Assembly: GCA_013239625.1 (NCBI GenBank)
Contig: MU053588.1
Coordinates: 3,066,799-3,130,798 of the forward strand
From: Lama guanicoe
Lineage: Eukaryota
Direction of reading: 5' to 3'
DNA length: 64,000 bases
Part shown: piece by piece, positions 13,701 through 24,760 of the stretch
How the letters are laid out: each line of letters begins with the position of its first letter
How positions within the stretch are numbered: the first letter of the stretch is position 1
Made by a program: the position numbers and the translations under genes
The notes under the pieces: model-generated
The model's database searches: none
What the model was told of the DNA's origin: nothing
What the model saw: the letters and a program-made list of their open reading frames with translations, nothing else

Positions 13701-16700
13701 TTTAAAGTCTATTTTGTCTGAAATCAGTACTGCAACACCTGCTTTTTTGGCTTTTCCATTTGCATGGAATATCCTTTTCCATCCTTTCACTCTCAATCTA
13801 TATGTGTCCTTCTCCCTAAAGTGGGTCTCTTGTATGCAGCATATTGAAGGTTCTTGCTTTATTATCCAGTCTGCCACTCTACATCTTTTGACTGGAGGAT
13901 TTAGCCCATTAACATATACAGTAATTAATGATATATGTGTTTATTGCCTTTTTGAACTTACTTTTGCAGTTGCAAAATTTCTTCTTCTTATAAAAATTTC
14001 AGTCAGACTGGATTAGAGCCTACCATAAGGGCCTCATTTTAACTTAATGATCTCTTTAAAGGCCCTATCTCCAAAAACAGTCATTCTGACTTATTAAGAG
14101 TCACGGCTTCATTGAGTTTTAAGGGGACACAGTTCAGTCCACAACATACTTCAAACAACAAACTGTAAGTGTAATTGGGCAATGAGAGAGCTGCATTCGA
14201 ATGCCATGGGGAAACAGGTGAAGACATAATCAATTCTGACAGGAAAAATCAGAAACTCTTATTCAGAGCAGGCATTATCTGGGCCCAGCTCTAGCCCCAG
14301 AATCTCTATAAAACATCATACTTGATTATCATACAAATATTTTAGGTATGACAAAGTGGAAAAAGATAGCATTAGGTGATAAGACAGCCTTGAATAGAGG
14401 CCTAAAGGGGCAAGGATTTGTTCCAGAGGAACAAAGATAAATATTGTCTTCTTATGGTTAAACTGCAACTATGGATTCAAATACAACCAAACATGGAGGT
14501 CAGGTGAAGTTCCTGACTGCCTTATGGAATAATCTACTCCTTGCTCTCATTCCTAAGTCTTGAGGATTTTCATGTGTGTAGAGGGGATCTTAATGGAGGG
14601 AGGTTGTAAGGTCTTGATTAACCCTTACCTCTTTTGGCCTCTCTTCTATCCAGAAGCTGTTCCTTCTTCCCCTACCTCCAGCCTAGCTTTTCTCTAGGCC
14701 ACACTATAAACCTCAATTCCTTATCCATTTAAAATACTTCTCTCCTGAAGTGCCCTAGGATCCCTGAGTATAAAAGGAAAAGAAATGGAGCTGCGCTGAC
14801 CTAGGCAGCACAATGATGGGGGACGGTTTCTTTTGGCCCCTTCCCTTTCCAGTGCCTGGAAGTGACCTGTTTCCTTCTGACAGGGGTCGCCAGAGGCCAC
14901 AGGGACCAACGCCAAGCTTCTGGGAGGAGGCTCCAGGAAGGCGCCCAAGAATGTGACTGCAAAGGTCAGTAATTCAACATCGACAACAGCGATGCACCAT
15001 CAAGATCCCAACTCACTCCCTTGAGTCCGTCTGAGACCAGTGCAGATGTTACCTGATTTGACCTCACCCTTTCCCCTCTCCACCAGCCCACCACATGCAG
15101 CACCAACACTTATTTTCTTCCTGAGCCTCAGGCAAGAGCTGAGGCAAGGGCTCCAAGGTCCAGGGGAGAGCTGCCTGAATCTCTGGCTGCCCAAACCCCC
15201 TTTCCCTTTTTACCCCCAACAATCTAGGGCTGTCTTCCAAGTTCTTCCTGGATCCTCTTCTCAATCTTACTTGACTCACAGGTAAGAATGGAATCAGAGG
15301 ATCAAAATGACTTGCTTGAAGTAAAGCAGCCACTAAAAGGCAGATACCTCGGTCTTCCTCCTCACTTTTGGGTCTCCCTAATGATACCCTCATGCCTCTT
15401 CCAGATCTGCCACCAAATTCTTGCCCATACAGGTCAGGAAAAACAACCTAGAAACCCTGGTGCTCATAGAACTGGATATGGTCACTGTTCTTGTTGACCC
15501 TTTGCCACACCCACTGCAGTATGAGAAACAACTGGGAGGCGAGGAAGATGCCAAGTGAAGCCCTGACCTCAAACATATTAACCCTCCTAAGCAGCAACCC
15601 ATTTATTTCAGATTGGTTCCTGAGAGCCTCTGAAAGAAAACTCATGACAGTGCCCCGGCTGCCAAAGAAGCCATGTCCCTGTGATCGTTTCAAGGGCAGG
15701 GTGAAGAAAACCAGTAAGTTGGAAAAGAATGACCTTCCTTAAACTTGGTCACTCTGTGGAATCAACTAGGGATGAAGCAGGTGTTGAAAAGAGACAAGAG
15801 AGATGAAATGGAGACCAGGATAAGCACACACCTCAGCCCTTTCTACTCAATGTCAGCTTGTAACAAAATAGGAAGAGCAAGAAGAGCATAATACAAGTTT
15901 CCTAATACTAGAAAGGCTTATGGTAATGCCTTCATTTACAAGGCTATTGTTTATCAAGGCGGAGGGAGATGGGGCTGCTGGAGACCTGGTCATTGATCTC
16001 TGACAATGACACCATTGTCAGTGTCAAACAGTATTTGATTCTTCCCTATTCTAGCCATTATTAAATATCATATAAAAAGAGATTAGCAAATGAAAAACTG
16101 ATTGAAAGTATGATATTTTCAAGAATGGGATAAATCAAGATCTTTATATTACTGTTGATGGAAGTAAAATATAATTTTGTAGTACCTACCACAAACTTAA
16201 ATGTTTCCCTTTTAACCATAATCTTGCTTCAAGAAATCTTTAGTATAGAATATGAGCATTGGTACTCAAAGGTATATGTACAAGAATATTAATTATAGCA
16301 GTATTTGTATTGACAAAAAAAAATAATGTTCATCATAAAAGACTCATTGTGTGATCATTTTGCAATATATGCAAATATCAAATCATTATGTTGTACCCCT
16401 GAAACTAATATGTTATATGTCAATCATACCTCAGTAAAATATATGTTCATCAAAAGAAAACTGGGCAATTCATAAGTTGTCAAAGATAATTGGGCAGATA
16501 ATTATGTGTTAATTAGAAAGATATTCACCACATATTAAGTGAAAAAAAGATGCAGAGACCCCCTACTTCAAACTCATCACAAAGATAAATTTCAGGTGGA
16601 TTAAAGATATAAATTTGAAGGACAAACTTAGAAGGAAATATAGGAGAATATATTCATCACCCTGGGGTAGAAAAGTATTTCTTAAACAAGTTACAAAAAT

Positions 16701-18111
16701 ATAAGTCATAGAGGAAAAGATTAATAAATCTGACTTCACTGAAATTAAGAAATTTGGTCAGTAAAAAAAAAGAAGACAATCTACAAAGTAGGTGTAATGT
16801 CTGCAACGTGTATAATCGACAAAGGGTTAATACTCAGACTAGATAAGGAATTCCTATAGATCAATGAGAGGAAGGCAGGCAACATAACAAATAGGCAAAA
16901 GCCTTGAATAGGCACTTCAGAGACAAAAAATAATCCAAATGGCTAATAAACGTGTGAAATGCTACTCAACTTTGCTAGTAACTGGAAAAATAGGAATTAA
17001 AGCCAAAAAGAGATCACTCTACATTATAAGATTGGCAACAATTTAAAAGTCTGACAATATCAAGTATTAGTAAGAGTAGAACAGAGAAAAATCTCACCTC
17101 CTGCTAATGGGAGTGTAAATTGGTATATCACTTTAAAAAAGTGCTGGTAGTTATCTACTAAAGTTTAAGCTCTGTGACCAAGCAATTCCACTCTTAGAAG
17201 TATACTGAAAAGTAACACGTGTATATACTGCAGGAGACATGTACAAGAATTTGATGGCAGCACTGCTCATAACTACCCCAAAATGAAATTTGGAGAATGA
17301 ATAAATAGTGGTATATTCAAATACTATATATTTGTGAAAATGAACAAACATGAAACAATGTATACAAATCTTACCAGCAAAATGTGGAGTTAAAAAAAAG
17401 ACAAGAGAATGGTTGCAGCATGATTTCATATACATAAGAGTTTCAAAAAAAAAGGCAAAATTAAATTATTTAGGAGCGTATACCTAGAGCGTATAACTAT
17501 AAAGGAAAAAAAAGTAAATGCCTACTGTAAAAGTCAGAATTACTTCTGTGAGGAGAGGGAAGATAATGATCAGAAAAGGAGGATGGTTGCTGACAATATT
17601 CATTTCTAGGCCTGAGTAGTAGTTTCATGAATAGCTTCATTGTAACTATTTATTGAACTGTACATGTAAATTTTTACAGGTTTCCACAGTTGCATGATAT
17701 TGTACAATAAGAGATTTGTTAAAGTACAGAGACAACAAAATGAATAGTATAAACTCATTTTTGTTTCTTAGAGTAAACTATTATGTTTATATACAAATAG
17801 GTACAGAGGACTAAAGCAAACTATTAGCAATAGTTCTGTGGGGTGGGGAGTGGAGGCTGGGATGAGGGATGTCCTTTAACTTTTTACTGAATATTTTTTT
17901 ATTTTAATTATTTCTACTGGATAAGTATACTTTTAACATTTTAAAAACTCTCATAAAAATTAAATTTTAATAATGTGTTTAACATTAGCCTCTCCCTTTT
18001 CTTTTTACCCTAGAACACCAAAGACACCACAGGAGTCCAAACAAGCACTCCAGAGCCTGCCAGCAATTTCTCAGACGATGTCAGCTGGCAAGCTTTGCTC
18101 TGCCTTTATAG
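4667..18111 (+). CDS. CXCL17: C-X-C motif chemokine 17, intact copy 1. Exons 4667-4745, 14884-14964, 15612-15713, 18014-18111; 360 nt = 119 aa + stop
   Basis: Manual splicing gives [119 protein letters not shown]. This matches recalled human CXCL17 in length, 6 Cys and C-terminal FALPL. All introns are GT-AG. Confidence 0.96.
6105..6330. mobile_element. MER20-like hAT DNA transposon (duplicate at about 56697-56922)
   Basis: ctattgacatt..ggataattctttgctgt...ctggcctctacccactagaagccagtagca...ttgagagccgctg. Confidence 0.75.
6649..6662 (+). promoter_or_regulatory. CTCF-like motif CCGCCAGGTGGCAC (duplicate at 57241-57254)
   Basis: Close match to the core consensus within a locally CpG-retaining patch. 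Confidence 0.55.
7080..8240 (-). mobile_element. Old L1M (L1MC-like) 3' fragment
   Basis: Typical degenerate L1MC 3'UTR text (gaatgtccctcaatttggacttatctgatgtttcctcatgatt). Confidence 0.6.
9630..14150. mobile_element. MaLR (MLT1-like) LTR interrupted by the L1 (parts 9630-9864 and 13975-14150)
   Basis: ttagtttgctagcactgccaccacaaaataccacagaccgggtggcttaaacaacag...gggacacagttcagtccacaaca; contiguous in copy 2 at about 60590-60893. Confidence 0.75.
9865..13974 (-). mobile_element. 5'-truncated LINE-1 (about 4.1 kb, almost all of ORF2, frameshifted) in CXCL17 intron 1
   Basis: Endonuclease ([20 protein letters not shown]), RT (YADDM) and C-terminal ORF pieces; poly-T at 9865. TSD aaat(c/t)tcttct at 9855-9865 / 13975-13985. 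Empty site at about 60725. Confidence 0.96.
14884..14964 (+). CDS. CXCL17: CXCL17 copy 1 exon 2 (81 nt)
   Basis: ttctgacag|GG GTC GCC AGA...TGT GAC TGC AAA G|gtcagt; encodes the CxC (CDC) motif. Confidence 0.95.
15612..15713 (+). CDS. CXCL17: CXCL17 copy 1 exon 3 (102 nt)
   Basis: tttcag|AT TGG TTC CTG AGA...AAA ACC A|gtaagt; DWFLRA...CPCD. Confidence 0.95.
16100..17720 (+). mobile_element. Old L1M fragments in CXCL17 intron 3 (paralog about 62830-64000)
   Basis: A-rich degenerate ORF2 3' end and 3'UTR. Confidence 0.65.
18014..18111 (+). CDS. CXCL17: CXCL17 copy 1 exon 4 coding part
   Basis: ccctag|AA CAC CAA AGA...[40 protein letters not shown]. Confidence 0.95.
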
Positions 18112-18437
18112 GAGCTCTGACAGCCCACCCTTCTGATGAAACATTCTCAGTCAACAAGACAGTGAGCACACCTAGAAGATGCTTTTCTCCCACCCCAAAC
18201 TCCCAATCCCTGTCCCCACTCCCTATCATTCCAGTATTCTCAAAAAACAAAACAAAACAAAACATTTTCCCCAAGATTATTCATTCCTCTAGTGCTTTCT
18301 TCCCTTGACAGCCTTTTCCTGTGGCCTCTCCTTACCCAGGCTGATGCTTAATTACCTGAAAGAAGCCAGGAATCTCAGGGTTCTCAGCTGGACCCACCTG
18401 ACCTTAAATACAACCAGGCAAATAGCAGACAGAAGTC

Positions 18438-18443
18438 AATAAA
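18438..18443 (+). terminator. Probable CXCL17 polyadenylation signal AATAAA
   Basis: AATAAA about 330 nt after the stop codon and before the LIPE testis exon. Confidence 0.65.
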
Positions 18444-19199
18444 TAATTTAAATATAATAGGTCAAAATCATTTCTTTCAATGGGGTCTGGAAACTTATAT
18501 TTAATCCAGACGACTCACTTTAACCTGTTCATTCCAAACTCAACCTGATTCTACACACACCTCTCCCCAACATCATCCTCCCTCTCTTTCTACTGCCCAA
18601 TGTGTTAATTCTCTCACTCACTCAACAAACCTTTCTGAGGGAAGAGTTATGTGGGGCAAAGAAGTTAAAGCAATGAGTCAGACAGTGTATTACTAAAGAT
18701 AATATAGGTTTAAAAAAAAAACTAGTAAAGTTTTCTAGCCTGTAAAATGCCTCCAGTATTCATCATCATCATCATCGTCATCGTCATCATTAATAGTCGT
18801 TGGACTCCATGAGTTTCCAGTCTCCTACAGAAGACATATATGCAGAGGCATAGTTCAAGGCTAGAAAGATGGTGTGGAAGATCTCAAATGCAACTGAAAA
18901 GAGCTTCAAGCTATAATAATAGGAGGATGTCTTTTTCTATAACATGAAAGTAAAATAAACAGAAGGATATATAAAGAAATTAAAGTGGTAACCATTTGAA
19001 AGAATGAATAAAGAGAGAAAAAATTACAACAGGGTAAATCCTGCTTCCCCCTCTGACCCTTTCCTCAAACATCAGAGGAGACTAGAAAAGGATCATTCCT
19101 CCAGAATCATCCCTTGTTTCATTAAGCTGAAACAAATGACTAACTTGGGATACTGGCCTTATTTGAAGAAACATTTTAACTGAGTAGTGAGTTGGGCCT

Positions 19200-20362
19200 A
19201 CTCTGGTAGGAGACCACTGGGCACTCAGCCTCCTTTTGTTCCCAATCCCTCCTCCCACAGCAGGAGGCACAGAAGTATTTCACTTGGCACAGGAGTGGGG
19301 GACCAGCAATGGTTAGCCCAACTGTCAGTTGTCTTAAAAAGGAAGAGCAGTGATGCCAGGATGAAGAAGTGGAACCCAAAGGGAGGTGCCACCATAATCA
19401 ATCAGTGAGGGATCTGTGACAAAGGAGCAAGAAGCCTGGGAGCTCAATGTCTCCTGTGAGCAAAATAATAACAGTGGAGCCAGGTTCTAAGACAGTATCT
19501 AGGCCTGACTGGGAACCACACCAGACACCTATCACCTGGCCAGAGTCTGGGCCAGAAAAGACACCCACAGCCTAGACAGCATCTGAGGCTCAGTAGGGAC
19601 CCAATACGTAACAGGAGCCTGCTTTACAGCAAGGACCCATCACTCAGCAGGAGCCCTTTGCCCAGCATGAAGCTGAAGCCCAGCAGGAAACTCAAGAACA
19701 ACAAAAATTTACTTTGCATAAGGAATTTCTTGCCCCATAGGAGCCTGCAGCAGAGCAATCACCTCCTAACTAAAGGGTGCCCTTCAGGAAACAGGAAGCT
19801 GCCTCATAGCACACACCTAGTTCAGAAAAAGAATTTAGAACTCAACAGGAGCCAGAATTGAGAGAGGGACCTGTATACAGAGAAGCTAGGGCCTGGCCCA
19901 GTAAAGCCACCTCTAGCTCAACAAGAAGCTAGATCAATACCTCTGGCTCAGCCTAGACTTGGACCGCAAAATGATCTACCTGCCCAGACTAAATTTATGT
20001 TCCAAGAGAGACAGTGACAGTCAGACCCTAGGCCCAGTACAAAACTCCAGCCCAGGGAGCCAAATCACAAAAGGAATCTTTGGCCAAGTGGAGATTTCTA
20101 TCACGACCAAACAAACTATCCATATAGCAAATGGCCTCAGAGCAGAAGACACTTCTTGAATGAGTCAGATTCTGGCATAGATTCAGCTTTGGGGTCCGTG
20201 TTAGAGTCAGATTCGCCAGCCAAGGTGGGTGGAACAGTGGCCCAGGGAATGAAGCTGGCCTTCGGGGGAAACCTGGTTACGAAGTGATGTCAGGGTTCGG
20301 TGGGACGCCAGTACCCAGGAAGAAAACCAGCAGCCAGAACCCCAGACACTACCGGAGCACAG
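19200..20362 (+). pseudogene. LIPE: LIPE (hormone-sensitive lipase) testis-specific first exon, pseudogenised
   Basis: From GTG at 19474 it reads (V)EPGSKTVSRPDWEPHQTPITWPESGPEKTPTA*, versus human MEPGSKSVSRSDW...GPEKTPIA. In-frame stops at 19573, 19594, 19609, 19738 and 19771. It ends at CACTACCGGAGCACAG|gtgagt (20362). The 5'UTR from about 19200 resembles the recalled human testis HSL mRNA. Confidence 0.92.
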
Positions 20363-21329
20363 GTGAGTTTAGCTTCCAGGAAGGGAGCCTCCCACGGATG
20401 GTCATTCATTCCCTCAAGAAGAACTAAGACCTCCAGAATGTCAGGTTAGCTGAGGTCCTCTCTCAACAGTCCTGCCAGACACAGGTCAACAGCCCCATTT
20501 GATAGAGGAGGGAGCTGAGGCCTAGAAAAGAAGGATTTTGCCTGAGGCCGGGCAGTTAGGGCTGGCCAAGCCAGGATACTCAGCCAGGCTCTGACTCCTT
20601 CCCCTGCACTAGGCTGCCTCCCCCGCGGGAATCTGGGAGAAATCAAACAGAAGCTGTATGGGTCTCTGCGCGAGGGGCCAATACTCATTCCTGGGTCCCA
20701 GAACTCTCTGAGCACCACTCTGGGATAGGCACTGGGTGGGCACCTGCACACCTTGCTGAACGTAGACGCTTACCCTCGGGCAGTTCCCACGCGGGGCAGG
20801 CCGAAAATCGGGCAGGAGCGACCTTTGAGCTCTCTGGGTTGCCCAGTGGGCAGGAAGACACTCGTTTCCCTGACAGCCTTCCCCTCAGCCGAGGGGGAGC
20901 TCCAGTCCCGCCAGGACCATGGCCTCCTGTTATCATCTCAGGAAGGGGGAGCTGGGAGAGGGCGGGGGCTCCGCCAATGTCCAGGCAAGGTCAGGGCCGC
21001 GTGCAGGAAAGAGTTGGGGAAGCGGTGTGAGCGGGTCGTGGGCCCAAGACTCCGCTGGCGCCAGCACTCCTGCCCCTCCTCTGAGGCCGGCAGTGATGGC
21101 CCCCGGGTCCAGCCTCAGGCCTTGAACTCCTCCTCGAGACTCAACGGTCCTGTTCTGCACACGGGGGGCACGCAAGTTCTATCCATGGAAGGTGGGTGAC
21201 GGTGGTATAGCCTGAGGCGGGGAAAACAATGCTGCGCCAATCCAGAAACTGAGGCGCTGAGAGGCCAGCTAATCCAAAGACTGGTAATGCAGGTCTCAGC
21301 CCAGAGGCCTGCCGGAAGGGCTAGGACGG

Positions 21330-21789
21330 AGGAGAGCGTCGTTTGTGTCTCAGTGCTAGGGCTGGTCATGTGCTTAGGAGGGCGGAGAGGAGGGGCGGGG
21401 TGGGAAGAGAGGATTCCAGATCTGCTATTTCCGGCCTTGACGGTGTACAGCTGTTTCTCTAGGCCTCCCGAACCCAGTCTCAAGGGACGCCCTCACCGCA
21501 GCGCCGCCACAGCCAAAGCCGCCTCTTCCGGACAAAGACACTTGAATGTGTGCGCTTGCGCAAGCCTCTAGCCTCCTCGGTTTCCCGCCTTTTCCCAGGC
21601 ATGCGCAGTTCCCGCTGCCGCCTCTCTTCCGAGGGGTTGCACCCAGTTTGAGGCTATTGCTATGGCGCTGAGCTTTATGTAACCACCTCTCTTCCGTTCT
21701 ATCCGGGAGGGAGAGTAACGAGGTAAGAACTCCGAGAAAGAGAGCTATAAGAGAACTAGAAGACAGAGGGCAGGGAAAAGGCGGGAACG

Positions 21790-21835
<46 letters not shown>

Positions 21836-22030
21836 AAGGGACAACAGGAACGAACACACACGGACGCTAAGGGACAACCCGCTGTCCTTCAGGGAGGGCG
21901 AGGTACGTTCTATGGGATCCCTACGTGGGAACGTGAGTGGGAAGGCGAGGCTGAGAGCCAACACGTGAGAAATCTGGGCTTTCAAGGCTTCCCTGGTAGG
22001 GTGACCCCCGCGGAGTCTAGTTATGTCCAA
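21330..22030. promoter_or_regulatory. CpG-rich promoter-like region within the LIPE 5' region
   Basis: High CpG density; GC box ggggcgggg near 21392; NRF1-like TGCGCTTGCGCA at 21551-21562 and GCATGCGCA at 21599-21607; ETS CTTCCGG at 21525-21531; strong donor GAG|gtaag at 21722. Confidence 0.7.
21791..21832. repeat. (CA)n microsatellite, about 21 units
   Basis: Directly visible. Confidence 0.97.
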
Positions 22031-22112
22031 AAGACGGATTTTACCGGTCATTAGCTAGTGGTGGCGGGGCTCAATAGGCCAGCAGTTATGCCTCACAGAA
22101 GACATACAGACA

Positions 22113-22293
22113 GAAACCTCTGCTTCACTGTATCCCTTCAGGCAGCAGCCTATGGGGTGTGGTTGCAGATGGCATCATGGCAGCCTACCCCGTCCCAGTG
22201 CTGCAGTCTACCGCCTCTCCCTCTCACCTCTGAGCCTCATGGACCCCCTGCTGCCCCTCAGCGTGCTCTCCAAGTATGTCAGCATCTATGCTG
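22113..22293 (+). pseudogene. LIPE: LIPE exon fragment (3' part of the exon carrying the catalytic serine; adipocyte exon 6), frameshifted
   Basis: NLCFTVSLQAAAYGV / DGIMAAYP / SLMDPLLPLSVLSKYVSIYA lie in different frames (two 1-bp deletions versus recalled human). Donor G|gttagt at 22293. Confidence 0.9.
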
Positions 22294-22530
22294 GTTAGTC
22301 CCACACCCACAAACCTGGGGGCCTGGGGGTGCTGGGATACCTGTGTCTTTCGGGGACAAGGACTAGAGACCAGCTGTCTCCTTGGGTTTGAAGGAGTCAT
22401 CTCCTTGTTCCTACTGAAGCGATCAGAGAGATTCTTCGGTCTCTAGGGGCATGGATGCCTGAGGTTCTGCGTGTTGAGACTGGACACAGAAAGAGAAAAG
22501 ACCAACTCAGCCCCCTACATACATTGACAG

Positions 22531-22713
22531 GTGGGGAGACCGAGGAACACTCCTACTTGGACCAGAAGGCGCTGGGCATGACGGGGCTGGTGCGGCGGGA
22601 CACAGCCCTGCTCTTCCGAGACCTCCGCCTGGGTGCCTCTTTATGGCTTAACTCCTTCCTGGAGCTGAGTGGGGAGTGGGCACAAGTTCCACATGAATTT
22701 GGTGCCCATGCAG
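22531..22713 (+). pseudogene. LIPE: LIPE exon 7 homolog with a 7-bp duplication frameshift
   Basis: gacag|[51 protein letters not shown] matches human [45 protein letters not shown] is duplicated at 22667-22680. Donor CAG|gtgaat at 22713. Confidence 0.92.
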
Positions 22714-24349
22714 GTGAATGGAGCCCTTTCCTCACACACCCATCCACGGTGACCAGGAGGGACAGCCTGGCACAACAAAAGCCCTGGAGGAGGAAAGGGG
22801 GTGGGCCTCGGGCCCTCAGAGAAACGGAGATCACCTTCCTGGCTCTGCCTTATAACTGTCCCAGGTTCCTACCAAAAGGCCTTGATTTTCCATGACAGTC
22901 CATATCCTAGAAATTCCAAGACTTCTGGTCTTCCAGATCAGGTCAGTGTCCCGGGAACTGTAAGATTTAGCTTTCCAAACAGCCTCTCCGAGAAAGGCAC
23001 CCTGGGAAATGATTCAGAAGGCCTGCCACAGGTTCTTATTTTTAGCCCCAAGAATGCCACTTGAATCCCTTGGCCCCTCAGATGGGAGTCCCACCCTATT
23101 AGAGTCTTTCCAGACTTTTAACAGAGGCACATGGGGAAATACCCCACTAGGGGCTGGCATAAGAGCCTGAGGTGGACAGACTAGACAAACCTTGAGAAGT
23201 AGAGGAGATTCCCATCCGTAGGTCTGGGGGAGGCCCCTCAGGCAGACAAAAACCACTTCCATTCAAGGATCTTCTTTTTCCTACCACTTTTTTTTTTAAC
23301 ATTTTTAAAGATTTTAAAGCACAGTGAACTCAACTCATTTCCTATCTAATAAATCAACAGTATTTTCTGGGTAGTAGGAACTGCACAATCAAAAGTAGAT
23401 AGCATTCCAATTATTCAGAAAATTATTTCAATCGAGTGTGTTTTAAATTGTATTTAATTTTTGGATATTCCAATGGATACAAATAAATACACCCCAAAAC
23501 AATTTAAATGGATTTGAATTTTAGGTACGTGGACCATTGAGCACTGGGGGTTTCCTGACAAAGGTGACAAGAGCAGTTCTTGGAGACACACACACCAGTC
23601 TAGCTCCCTACTATACCAGGTACTGGCTGGTTGCTGGCTGACGTGGGCAAGTCACAGTATCTATGAGCCTTGCTTTGCTCCTCTGTGAGATAGGTACAGT
23701 AAGAATCCCTGCCTTATAAGGTTGTTTTAAGGTCTGCATACACCTATTTGTGTATGCAACCAGCACAATACCTGGCACACAGTAGGTGCTCTTAAAAGGT
23801 GCTGGTCTCCTGACTGGCTGTGCCCTGTGACTCTAATCAACAGTTCTGTTCCAGGGACCTTCTGGGGCACAGAGCACCTGTGCAGTTATTCTTACATTGT
23901 CTTGCATTTTGCCTTCATGGATTTATAAAAACAAATGAAAACAAGCTGGAAAATGTAGGGTCCTGGCCCTAGTGGTAAGCAGCATGGGTCTGATAAAGTT
24001 AATGTATATCCCGTCTGGAACAAGAAGGACAGCTTTGCAATATGGAGAGAAAATCCTCCCAAGATGCATGTCCAGGTAAAAACCTGCAGCTGAGCATGCT
24101 GGCAGGTCACACGTCAGTTCAGCACTGTCCAAGGTGGGAGCCCCTCTCTTCAATTGGCTGTTGAGTAATTGAAACAGGAGAGTCCAAATTGACATGTGCT
24201 GTAACAGTAAAATACACACCAGATTTCAAAGATTTAGAATTGAAAAAATTTTGTAAAATACCTCATTAATAGTTTTATATTGGTTGCATGTTGAAATTAT
24301 GTTTTATACAATATAAAATTTATCTGTTTATTTTTCCTTTTTAAATGTA

Positions 24350-24760
24350 GTGTATTAGTTTGTTATGGCTGCCATTACAAAGTCCCACGGACTGGGTGGC
24401 TTTATTGTCTTACAGTCCTGGAGGCCAGAAGTCCAAGATCAAGGTATCACTAGGCTGGTTCCTTCTGAGGGTTATGAAGAAAAATCTGTTCCATGCCTCT
24501 CCCCTAGCTTCTCGTGATGTTCTGTGGTTTGTGGCAGCGTAACTTCAGTCTTCACATGCCATTCTCTCTGAATTTCTGTGTCCAAATTTCCCCTTTTCGT
24601 AAGGACACCAGTCATATTGTGTTAGGGCCCATCCAATGAGGTCACCTTAACCAGTTATGCCTGCAATGACTCTATTTCAAAATAAGATCACTTTCTGAGG
24701 TACCGGGGTTAGGACTTCATATTTGGGGAGGGAGGGACACAATTCATCCTATGATGTAGC
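24350..24760. mobile_element. MLT1-like MaLR LTR nested in a MER-type DNA element
   Basis: tgtattagtttgttatggctgcc...ggaggccagaagtccaagatcaagg...taaggacaccagtcatattg...gggacacaattca. Confidence 0.75.

Larger units (their letters stand above)
1517..17290 (+). repeat. Segmental duplication unit copy 1 (paralogous to 50252-64000)
   Basis: Collinear homology. ORF track entries from 3972 to 7671 recur at +50592 with identical translations. Confidence 0.95.

Noticed and set aside
10794..13877. Long ORFs of 386 and 272 aa with RT and endonuclease motifs as a novel RT system
   Set aside because: Ordinary fragmented LINE-1 ORF2. The + strand ORFs here are antisense shadows.
21425..22051. 208-aa minus-strand ORF
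   Set aside because: Runs through a GC-rich promoter and the (CA)n repeat (VCVCVC); stop-poor by composition.
19474..22713. Functional LIPE gene
   Set aside because: Start codon lost, multiple stops and frameshifts, catalytic motif and most exons missing.
22455..22895. 146-aa ORF as an independent gene
   Set aside because: Only the central part is LIPE exon 7; the rest is intron read-through.
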